From assembly GCA_019192455.1 (NCBI GenBank), contig JAHCML010000005.1, positions 50,277 through 114,276 on the forward strand: 64,000 nucleotides of DNA. Direction: 5' to 3'. Below, piece after piece: positions 46,190 to 54,393 of the stretch. Positions within the stretch are counted from its first letter, which is position 1, and every line of letters starts with the position of its first letter. The position numbers and the translations under genes are program-made. The stretch is from Alphaproteobacteria bacterium SS10 (lineage in GTDB: Bacteria > Pseudomonadota > Alphaproteobacteria > TMED2). The notes beneath the pieces were generated by a model. The model was not told the origin of the DNA. It saw only the letters and a list, made by a program, of their open reading frames with translations, and did no database searches.

Positions 46190-48079
46190 ATGGCTGAACC
46201 CGATCCACTGTCTTTCCGGCATGCCTTGATTGATACGCTCGGCGCGTTGGCCGAACGCCAACTTGGCTCTATCAAGGTCGTTGATGCGTTTATGACCATT
46301 TGGCTGACGCGTCCCGATCTGCGTGAGCTGGGCACTGATCCCTTTGGTTTCCTACTTTGGTTCCTCCATACATCGGACAAAGAGTATCCGCCGCTTAACC
46401 AGGTGCGGCCAGACATCCGCCGGTTTGCCACCTTCGGCCGTCCGGCTGACTTACCGGTAGATGTTGAGCAGGGGGATGACGAGCCGCCGCTGTCTGAGGG
46501 CATGCTGATGATCTGGCGATACTTGCCGGATTGGCGGGAGGCGTTTGACATCACCAATGCCGAAGGCCGTGACGCCTTGTTCTGGAACACCGTTTTCCAT
46601 GGTGTTGAACAGTTTGAGATGCCAGGCCTAATCGGTGCTGAGGCGGCGGCCTATTTAAACGCGCCAGCGCCTGATCTTGAGGGTTCTGATAAGCACCTTG
46701 TTCCGATAACTCGGTTAATGCTGCGGACCTGGCAGCGTGATGAACGCCTTCAAGCCAAGATTGATATTAAGCGTCCAAAGCATGTGGAGGCGCTTGCCCG
46801 CTGGATGCTGGTGCGAAAGCTACCCTCGATGGGGCTGGCCAGTTTGGCGCCCAGGGCTTGGTACCAGGCCCTAGATGTTGAACGGCCCAAACGGATCTAT
46901 GCGGTTCCGGATCAGCCATCTGACAACTCATCTACGGTCCGATCAAAGGGCCCTGAATTTGGCGTCACCATTTACGGTTTTGCCTATGGTGAGCTGGGTA
47001 TTGGTGAGGATGCGCGAACTGTGGCACGGGCCCTGATGGCCAAAGGTATCCCGGTTGAGATTGTCGACATCGCACCCAGCCAGGAAACGCCCACTGGCGA
47101 TTTAAGCTTACAGGATTTGGTTGTTTCAAAGCCGACAATGCCGATCGCCATCTACTGCCTAACAGCGATGGAAATGGCCCGGGTCTGCCTTACATCACCA
47201 CTGGCTAGGAACCCGGCTCGGTATCGAATTGGCTACTGGCCATGGGAGCTTTCACGGCTACCCAAAGCCTGGCAGTTCGCAGAGGGTCTGGTGGATGAGG
47301 TTTGGGCCAGCACCCAGTTTGCCGCCGATGCTTTTTCCGATCTATCGGTGCCGGTGCATCGGCTGCCACTGCCGGTGGTCGCCCCACCTAAGGTTCAAGA
47401 GAACCGTAGCGCCTTTGGCATGCCAAGCGACGACGTCGTTTTCCTGTACGTCTTTGATGCGAAATCCTATCCGGCGCGTAAGAACCCTATGGCCGCCCTT
47501 ATTGCCTTCCAGCGGGCTTTTTCTGAGCCGGTGGATGGTGGCCGACAACCCCATCTGGTCTTAAAGACCCTCAGCGGTCGCCAGGAACCGGAGATGCTAA
47601 CCGCCCTGAAGAACACAATTGGCGATGATGATCGGGTGACGATCATCGATGCCCGGTTTGATCGGGCAGAGGTTTGGGACCTCATGGCGAGTGCGGACGC
47701 CTATATCTCACTTCACCGCAGTGAGGGGTTTGGCCGAACCCTGGTTGAGGCCATGCTGTTGGGCAAGCCGGTTATCGCGACCAATGCATCGGGTAATGCC
47801 GATTTCATGGATCATCCGCTGGCCCATCCGATTGCGGCGGCTGAGATTAGCGTCAAGCCAGACCAATACCCCTGGGCAGAACCAGAGAGCCGTTGGTTTG
47901 AGCCAGATATCAGTGCAGCCGCCGCTGAGATGCGGCAGGTATATGAAGCAATCTGTGCCGGTGAAGCGGTGCCAGATGTTGGTAATGCCAATGCCCGCTT
48001 TTCATTGGAGGTTACCGGTGCGGCCTACGCCGAACGGCTAGAGCAGGTTGCCAATCAGCTTGATCTTAAGACAGGTTGA
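46190..48079 (+). CDS. Glycosyltransferase (GT4-type C-terminal domain) with an N-terminal W-x2-R-x-D-L repeat region
   Basis: C-terminal SLHRSEGFGRTLVEAMLLGKPVIATNASG. The N-terminus has three ~40-aa repeats (IWLTRPDLRELG..., IWRYLPDWREAFDI..., TWQRDERLQAKIDI...). Confidence 0.75.
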   Translation: MAEPDPLSFRHALIDTLGALAERQLGSIKVVDAFMTIWLTRPDLRELGTDPFGFLLWFLHTSDKEYPPLNQVRPDIRRFATFGRPADLPVDVEQGDDEPPLSEGMLMIWRYLPDWREAFDITNAEGRDALFWNTVFHGVEQFEMPGLIGAEAAAYLNAPAPDLEGSDKHLVPITRLMLRTWQRDERLQAKIDIKRPKHVEALARWMLVRKLPSMGLASLAPRAWYQALDVERPKRIYAVPDQPSDNSSTVRSKGPEFGVTIYGFAYGELGIGEDARTVARALMAKGIPVEIVDIAPSQETPTGDLSLQDLVVSKPTMPIAIYCLTAMEMARVCLTSPLARNPARYRIGYWPWELSRLPKAWQFAEGLVDEVWASTQFAADAFSDLSVPVHRLPLPVVAPPKVQENRSAFGMPSDDVVFLYVFDAKSYPARKNPMAALIAFQRAFSEPVDGGRQPHLVLKTLSGRQEPEMLTALKNTIGDDDRVTIIDARFDRAEVWDLMASADAYISLHRSEGFGRTLVEAMLLGKPVIATNASGNADFMDHPLAHPIAAAEISVKPDQYPWAEPESRWFEPDISAAAAEMRQVYEAICAGEAVPDVGNANARFSLEVTGAAYAERLEQVANQLDLKTG

Positions 48080-48338
48080 GCCAGTCCGGACCGCCGCTGC
48101 AATCAAGCTCTTGTAGGGCTGATAGGAAGGCGGCGCGATCAATCTCATCAATGTCGGTGCCGTCTAGGAACGCCATGAAGATCATGGCATCGCCCTTCAG
48201 CTTCTCGCTGTCTTCGTCATATCGCACAGCGTGATAGGGACGACCATCGGGGTGTCTAGCGACAGCAACCGGCAACTCCTCCATCAGGTGGTAGGTGATG
48301 GTGAGATCCGTTGGGGCTTTTTGGGCTTGGTCAGACAC
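48066..48338 (-). CDS. Small acidic protein (90 aa), downstream partner of the RelA/SpoT-fold gene
   Basis: Starts 8 nt after the upstream stop. D/E-rich. No motif recognised. Confidence 0.5.
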   Translation of the reverse strand: MSDQAQKAPTDLTITYHLMEELPVAVARHPDGRPYHAVRYDEDSEKLKGDAMIFMAFLDGTDIDEIDRAAFLSALQELDCSGGPDWLNLS

Positions 48339-48346
48339 TGGCGTCT

Positions 48347-49537
48347 TTAGAACCCTGGCTCTAAGCCGCCGGCCCGTTTCTGCGCTGGCGCCTCTGGTGC
48401 CACTGCATCTCGGTCAGGTTGGATTGGCTTAGATGATGGCTTAGTGAGCTCATTCGCCCCGACCTGATCACCGCCAATCACCAGGTCCAACGTCTTCTGG
48501 CCCAGGCCATCCTGTGCCGCCCCAAAGCTGCGGCTTGTTCGGCCATTGAGCGCTAGGCCGGTTTCGACCAAGCGTTCCTGAATGGTGTCGGGCAGGCGTT
48601 CCCATTGGGCGGCAAATCGGTTGATACCCCGTGCCAGGGCCAATGCTTCTTCTGGGTTTGCCCGAATACCGTCATGGTCAACCTTGTCCCGAAGGGCGAG
48701 CAGACTATCGATTTGTCGATCTAACGGTGATCTGCCATGGCGATTGGAAGGCCGCGCCAGCCGCTTGGCAATGTCTCTATCCTGACCACTGGAATCCGGA
48801 TCTTGCAGAACACGTGCCGCGACTTTGATCCGCTGCATTCGCTGTTCTCGTTCGGCAATCTTTCGGGCGGCGTCACCCGACAGCAGATTGTTCAAACCAT
48901 TGGCGGCTGCCACCGGGTCATACATCCGGGTCAAGCGACCGACGAGCGTCTCGTACCGCTCGGCCTGTTGCATGGTGAACGGATCATCGCCCACCTCTTG
49001 CAGCAGCTCTTTTAGCTGGTCGTAGGCCCCATGGGTCCGCTGGTTTTCATTCTCCATCGCCCGGTGCACAACCTGGATCTCGGCGATCACGCCATTCGGC
49101 ATCCGAAGCTTGGTATTGATCGCGCGGTAGCCGTGCTCCATTGGTTCGGCGAATGCATCGCTGATTTTTTTAAGTAGCGGCTCTGACGGATGCTCCATTG
49201 AATCGGCGAGCTTGCCATAGCGGGCAATGACCAGCTCTCGCTTACGCCATAGCCGGTGCCGTGCCTGCTCAATATCCCGCCAATCATCACAGGTAACCTT
49301 CAGACGGACGGCATCGCCGACCGACGACATAACCTTGCCGTAGTCTTTCTCAGCCTTGGTTGAGAGGCCGCGTCTGGTTTTTAGATTTACTGGGCTGATT
49401 TCAACATTGAGGCCGGAGAACAGCTGAGCGGTGAAGTCGGCAAGTACCGGCGCGGCCGCAAAGGCCAGCTCCCGTTGGGCCTTAGTGGTGGCCCGCATTC
49501 GTGCATCGGTCGCACGCTTATGCCGGTTAATCGCCAT
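48347..49537 (-). CDS. RelA/SpoT (RSH synthetase-fold) domain protein with a long helical/disordered C-terminal region
   Basis: Synthetase-fold motifs in order: KTRRGLSTKAEK (R-x-K-x3-S-x3-K), VGDAVRLKV (D-x2-R), HGYRAINTKL (GYR), AEIQVVHRAM...THGAY (EIQ...H). Compare B. subtilis YjbM: GRVKPVASILEK / DIAGLRI / GYRSYH / EIQIRT. Confidence 0.6.
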   Translation of the reverse strand: MAINRHKRATDARMRATTKAQRELAFAAAPVLADFTAQLFSGLNVEISPVNLKTRRGLSTKAEKDYGKVMSSVGDAVRLKVTCDDWRDIEQARHRLWRKRELVIARYGKLADSMEHPSEPLLKKISDAFAEPMEHGYRAINTKLRMPNGVIAEIQVVHRAMENENQRTHGAYDQLKELLQEVGDDPFTMQQAERYETLVGRLTRMYDPVAAANGLNNLLSGDAARKIAEREQRMQRIKVAARVLQDPDSSGQDRDIAKRLARPSNRHGRSPLDRQIDSLLALRDKVDHDGIRANPEEALALARGINRFAAQWERLPDTIQERLVETGLALNGRTSRSFGAAQDGLGQKTLDLVIGGDQVGANELTKPSSKPIQPDRDAVAPEAPAQKRAGGLEPGF

Positions 49538-49843
49538 AAAGGTTAGCGCTGTAAGCTACGGTTCATCCCATCACGACTTGGTCAGGTTTCATTCCCATCA
49601 CGTCTGCCCAAGATTCCCTATTGGTCAAGAATGCCGACGAAATGGCTTTCTGGCAATGGTCGAAACGTGATTTCTGGCTTTGTTTGCCACAGCTTAACCG
49701 CAGGATTGCCATGTTTCGGTCCCGGGAATTTTGCATGCTTTATCAGCAGATTGGCGTATACTAGCCAGTGCTGATATCCACGGTCGTGGTTGGGGCCTGC
49801 CAGGGTTCACATCGACCCTCTAAACAGCGATAACCGGTTGATT

Positions 49844-50473
49844 ATGAATTCAAGACTATTTGCACGCCGGAACTTCCTGATCGGCGCTGGCGCTGCCGGC
49901 CTCATGGCACCGGGTTTGGCCGGCGCCCAAGACCTGATCAGCCGCGATCCAGACCCACAATATGTCGCCACCGACATCCGCCCAATGCGCCCTGCCACCT
50001 TGCAGCGCTGGGATATGGCAAGCAATGGCCTACCGGGCACGGATCCATGGCGGGTCGATAATGATGAGGTGTTCCGCGGCTCGCCGACGATGCGGGTTGA
50101 TGTAACCGCACCACAAAGCCTGCCTTTGGTAACCTATACCGCGCCAGAGCCTGGCTTAGGCTTGGGCCTATTCCAGTTAACCACCGTGATTAAGGCCGAA
50201 CGTGTCTCTGGCCCAATTAGCAGCAGCCTGGCAATCAATTACGACACCGGGCGCAGCTATGAGCTCGGCACCGCATTCTCTTCTGGCCATGGACGGTTTG
50301 ATTGGAGCAGCTTCCCGGTTCAGTTTGGCAACCCTGTCGGCAGCTCTCGCATCACCGGGATTAGCCTAACCCTAACCATGGCGGGTTCTGGGATCCTTTG
50401 GCTCGGTGCGCTTGAACTTACTGATCTTGGTCTGCCGCCAGACCATAATTTTTTCCAGCGGGACTATGACTAA
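49844..50473 (+). CDS. Tat-secreted protein, possibly a jelly-roll/CBM-like fold
   Basis: ARRNFLIGAGAAGLMAPGLAGA twin-arginine signal. The mature part is beta-rich. The fold guess is weak. Confidence 0.6.
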   Translation: MNSRLFARRNFLIGAGAAGLMAPGLAGAQDLISRDPDPQYVATDIRPMRPATLQRWDMASNGLPGTDPWRVDNDEVFRGSPTMRVDVTAPQSLPLVTYTAPEPGLGLGLFQLTTVIKAERVSGPISSSLAINYDTGRSYELGTAFSSGHGRFDWSSFPVQFGNPVGSSRITGISLTLTMAGSGILWLGALELTDLGLPPDHNFFQRDYD

Positions 50474-50475
50474 TC

Positions 50476-51132
50476 ATGGGCAAGAAAGCGTTGCGATCTC
50501 TACCAACAATTAGTGTCTGCCTTGCGTTGGCCATTGGTACCTGGATGGCGGTGCCATCCGTTGTCCCGGCACAAAACCCAGAGGGCGTGGTTGCTGGTTC
50601 TGGACAGATGCCATTGGTATTCCCAGCGGGCCTGCCGCAGCACCTGTTCCGCGCCGATTTCCAGGAGCTCCAAAGCTATGCCTTTGAGCTCGATGCGTTC
50701 CAGCAGCGGTTGGTTGAGAATGTGGTGATTTGGGCTGATGGCCTGAATTCACTCGAGATGCGTGCCGCTGAGAGCCTGGTGTCATTCCCCTTCTACATTG
50801 AAGGCGGGGAGGTTGGTGATCGCCAGGACCTGCGCCGTTCGCTCCAGCAATGGTATCTGACCGAGGCGCTCGACGGGTATCGTGAGAAACAGAAGCATGC
50901 AATCCGCCATCTGATCCTCCACAACGTCGATGTTTGGCTAGAAACTGCCGGGCAGGGCCAGGGGTATGAGGAAATCTTTGACGATATCCGCATGAGCGAT
51001 GGCTATGTGGTGGAGGTGGTGTTCGTTGACCCTGAACAGTCACATCGGTCCAATACCCAGATCTTCTTTGTCACTAAGGAAGACCAGCCCCGTATTGCCG
51101 GTATCTGGGATTATCGCCTGCCACAGCAATAA
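50476..51132 (+). CDS. Sec-secreted hypothetical protein
   Basis: Signal peptide ...AIGTWMAVPSVVPAQ. It begins 2 nt after the upstream stop. Confidence 0.6.
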   Translation: MGKKALRSLPTISVCLALAIGTWMAVPSVVPAQNPEGVVAGSGQMPLVFPAGLPQHLFRADFQELQSYAFELDAFQQRLVENVVIWADGLNSLEMRAAESLVSFPFYIEGGEVGDRQDLRRSLQQWYLTEALDGYREKQKHAIRHLILHNVDVWLETAGQGQGYEEIFDDIRMSDGYVVEVVFVDPEQSHRSNTQIFFVTKEDQPRIAGIWDYRLPQQ

Positions 51133-51186
51133 CCGCTGCCCATCCTCGCTTGGATAGGTCGATAGGCTGCTAGCGCCAAGATATAG

Positions 51187-51218
51187 AAAAGGCCCCGTTT
51201 GGCGGGGCCTTTTGTTTT
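51187..51218. terminator. Bidirectional rho-independent terminator
   Basis: AAAAGGCCCCG-tttgg-CGGGGCCTTTTGTTTT, between convergent genes. Confidence 0.75.
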
Positions 51219-51267
51219 GGGCTAATGCCCGTGTTCGGTTGCTTTAGTGGCGGTCAGCTAGCGCCGA

Positions 51268-54015
51268 TTACTCATTGTCGCTTTGCTGATAGGTCCGCTC
51301 TGCTTCAGCGGCGGCCCAGGCTGCAACCACGGTCGCGGTCTGGATCTGACGCTCAACTGACTGCCAGCCCATGTAGTTGCGGATCGACTGAACCGCAGCC
51401 AGCTCACGAACCAGCTGTGGGCGGCTCGCCTTGGTCATCACGAACTCAACCCAGCCTGGATCCTGAAGCCGATACTCCGCCACCATCTTCATCAGTTGAA
51501 GGTGGGAGATGTGCTCAGCTTCGATGTTCAGGCCTAGATCTGCCGTGTGGCCACAGGCACCAATGCTGCCGGTATCGGCAGTTGGTGGCAGGCCACCACC
51601 ACCGGAATAGGTCGCATCGGCAACCAATGGCGGCATGGTTTGGCCATTCATGGTCACGTGGGAACCATCTGGATTGATAGCATACCACTCAGTGGTCTGC
51701 TGACCATTCCAGGTACCGCAGACCCGGTTTGATGGCAGGTTCGCGACAACAGCATGCGGGTTAATGGTCGTGCCATCTGCCAGGATCACACCAAAATCAA
51801 GGTGTGCGCCGGTGCTCCAACCGGTGCTGCCCATGGTCGCGATCCGGTCACCTTGGCGAACCGTCTGGCCCTGGGAAACCTGGGCGCTGCCGAAGGCATT
51901 GTGCGCATAGCGTGTCATGGTGCCGTCGGGGTGACGGATCTCGATGAAGTTACCCCAGCCGCCGCCACACTCGCGGTCGCCTTGGGTACAGCTGTTCACC
52001 ACTCGGTGCACCACACCGTCACCAGCCGCATGGATTGAGCCGGATGGGCTAACCAAGTCGACAGCTTTGTGTGGGCGTGGTGGCTGACGACCGCCGCGAT
52101 AGCCGAAGCAATCGGTCTGGCGGGTGCCACCTGGCAGCGGGTTCACCAACGGCGTAGAGATACCACCGGATGGTGGCAGTGAGCCGCCACCGGTCGGGCC
52201 GGTGGAGGTGCGGGTTAGAACGCCGCCACCGCCGCTTGATGTGCCACCATCAGTGGTGGATGCCATCGGACCAAAGGAACAGGTGCCCTCAGCCACATTA
52301 TTCGGCATGCCAGCCAGGGCCATAATCTCGTTGTAGCGGGTGGCCTGGTCAGCAGGACGGATCCAGTCTTGGGTCACGATCCGTGCCGCTTCAGACATGG
52401 AATTGGCGTTGGCCAAGTCGCGACGTAGCTGCTGTTTAGCCCCGGTGTTCACATTGAACAGCACATGGGTTAGCGCGCCGAGGTTATTCTGTAGCGCTTC
52501 TTCATAGCTGCCGGTGCAGGCATCTGGGTGCATGCCCGGCGGAACCAGGGCGCATTTCTCTACAACACCATTCAGCGCGGCACCTTCACCCCAACCGTCT
52601 GAGTCACTCGGGCCGCCACGACCAGGTGAATCACCAACCCAGCCGGAGAATTGGATGAGGCCGACGCCGGTCGGGACATAGGTCTCGCGACCGCTATTCC
52701 GCATCCATGACGGGCGTGAGCCAGGTGGGACATAAGCTTCGGAGGTGGAGCAAACCGTTGGGCCGCGAAGGTTCACCGGGCAGTTGCTTGTATAGGCAGT
52801 CTCAACCCAGGCGCGACCACTGCCGGTCTCTTTCATCACCGTGATTGCGGTTGCGGTGGCCACTTCGTGGTTCAGGCCAGCACCGATCATGTGTGAGTAG
52901 ACTGCGTTGGCGAGGCTAGCCTCAGATGGGGTCATCGGGCGGCCAGTGCCGTGGGTCGTGCCAGCAGTAAACGCGCTGCAATCGGCCGGGCGAACCGGGA
53001 AGAAGCTGCCAGCACCGTAAGAGCCACAGGAGCCACCAGGCGGGGCGAGGCCAACACCACCCGTAATCCGCTGCAGCACCTCATCAGCCCAGGCCTTCAG
53101 AGAATCTTCAGGCAGTTCAGTGCGGAGCGCCACCAGGTAATCACACATGGCAAAGGAGAGCAGAGCACGGCCATCCGCAGACGCCCGGTTCAGCATATCC
53201 ACCTGACCAGCAGGGGTCGCCATGGTTTCGCCAGTCAATGCGGCGGTTGGATGGCCCGCCAGGTTCCGGCAGCGGTCGAGCGCGGGCTCGATCATCGCTT
53301 CATCAAGCGTTTCAGCCTCAATCACCGAGGCATCAACATCGGCGTCAATTAGGCGCTCATCCTCGGGCAGGTCACAACGATCGAGGGCGGCATCGCGGCG
53401 GCTACAATACTTCTCAAGCCGGCGGTTGATCATGTAGGCGGCGTTTGGCGCGTTTCGGTTCTCCGTGCCCACCGTCATATTGGTTTGGTGCTCGTAATTC
53501 TCCTGCATGATGGCATCGCGAGCGAGATTAGTATTCAGCTCAGCGGCGCCAGCACCGGAAGCCGCACTGGTTTGGAAACCAATGGTTGCGGGGCGCAGGG
53601 AGTCCATCGTCTGTTGATAGGCGAGCTGTTCACGCTCTGTGTTGGCGTAAACTTGGGTTTGATAGCTCTTAACCTCTGGGAAGCCGCCGGAGTTACCGTC
53701 GACCTGGGCTTTGATCGCGCCAAAACCACTCCAGAGCACGAGGTAAAGCTCGGTGGTTAAACCAACGGTGAAGGCGGTGATGCTGGCGCCAGTTGCGGCG
53801 ACAAAGGCCGCGCCCACGCCACATGGGCACCAGTGGCCAGCCTGCGGTCTTGAGGTAACCGCCGCCGCCAGGATAAGCGCGCAAATCGCAATAATACTGA
53901 TAGATGCTACAGGCGAACGGGTAATGCCGCGGCGCCAGCGTTTGCCACCACCGGGCGCACGCCGACCAGAACCACGGCCGAACCAACCACCAAATCGTCT
54001 ACGCGATCGCAACAT
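51268..54015 (-). CDS. Membrane-anchored multidomain cell-wall hydrolase: N-terminal TM helices, phage-tail-lysozyme-like domain, M23 metallopeptidase, unknown C-terminal domain
   Basis: Arg-rich N-terminus plus TM helices (ISIIAICALILAAAV, ITAFTVGLTTELYLVLWSGFG). Lysozyme-like VMKETG...GVGLIQFSG...EAARIVTQDWIRP. M23 motifs HKAVDL, RYAHN, GSTGWSTGAHLDF. ATG at 54015 preferred over the TTG at 54030. Confidence 0.75.
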   Translation of the reverse strand: MLRSRRRFGGWFGRGSGRRAPGGGKRWRRGITRSPVASISIIAICALILAAAVTSRPQAGHWCPCGVGAAFVAATGASITAFTVGLTTELYLVLWSGFGAIKAQVDGNSGGFPEVKSYQTQVYANTEREQLAYQQTMDSLRPATIGFQTSAASGAGAAELNTNLARDAIMQENYEHQTNMTVGTENRNAPNAAYMINRRLEKYCSRRDAALDRCDLPEDERLIDADVDASVIEAETLDEAMIEPALDRCRNLAGHPTAALTGETMATPAGQVDMLNRASADGRALLSFAMCDYLVALRTELPEDSLKAWADEVLQRITGGVGLAPPGGSCGSYGAGSFFPVRPADCSAFTAGTTHGTGRPMTPSEASLANAVYSHMIGAGLNHEVATATAITVMKETGSGRAWVETAYTSNCPVNLRGPTVCSTSEAYVPPGSRPSWMRNSGRETYVPTGVGLIQFSGWVGDSPGRGGPSDSDGWGEGAALNGVVEKCALVPPGMHPDACTGSYEEALQNNLGALTHVLFNVNTGAKQQLRRDLANANSMSEAARIVTQDWIRPADQATRYNEIMALAGMPNNVAEGTCSFGPMASTTDGGTSSGGGGVLTRTSTGPTGGGSLPPSGGISTPLVNPLPGGTRQTDCFGYRGGRQPPRPHKAVDLVSPSGSIHAAGDGVVHRVVNSCTQGDRECGGGWGNFIEIRHPDGTMTRYAHNAFGSAQVSQGQTVRQGDRIATMGSTGWSTGAHLDFGVILADGTTINPHAVVANLPSNRVCGTWNGQQTTEWYAINPDGSHVTMNGQTMPPLVADATYSGGGGLPPTADTGSIGACGHTADLGLNIEAEHISHLQLMKMVAEYRLQDPGWVEFVMTKASRPQLVRELAAVQSIRNYMGWQSVERQIQTATVVAAWAAAEAERTYQQSDNE

Positions 54016-54334
54016 AGTGCCGTCCCCCAAAGACCCGCTTCTGCTGCGGCTGACCGGATTAGACGTGTTACAAGATGATGGAACACCATCTGTTTGGACA
54101 CATCAGACAAGGCCATCGTCATGGCCGAGCCCCGATCATCACCCCCTATAAGATATTAGAGTGTGCCGAACTTAGCGTTCTGAGGCTAGGAAAAACTGCG
54201 CTCTTTGTCCATTAGATCACCCTCATGTGATCGTGGAAAGCCGCAGAAAACCTAGATAGAGGGTATTTCTCTAACATTTTAAATGAATTGCCGGGGATGG
54301 GTTTTTCGACACCGCCAAGCAACCGATTGGGTTT

Positions 54335-54366
54335 TAAAAAACCCGCCGGCTGATGACCGGCGGGTC
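54335..54366 (-). terminator. Rho-independent terminator of the ABC transporter operon
   Basis: Minus strand: ACCCGCCGG-tcatcag-CCGGCGGGTTTTTTAAAA, 28 nt after the SBP stop. Confidence 0.8.
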
Positions 54367-54393
54367 TTTAAAGCTGTTTGATCAGCGTTTGGC

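Noticed and set aside
53907-54122. 71-aa ORF overlapping the start of the giant hydrolase gene.
   Set aside because: It overlaps the hydrolase N-terminus out of frame and has no recognisable features. It is likely spurious.
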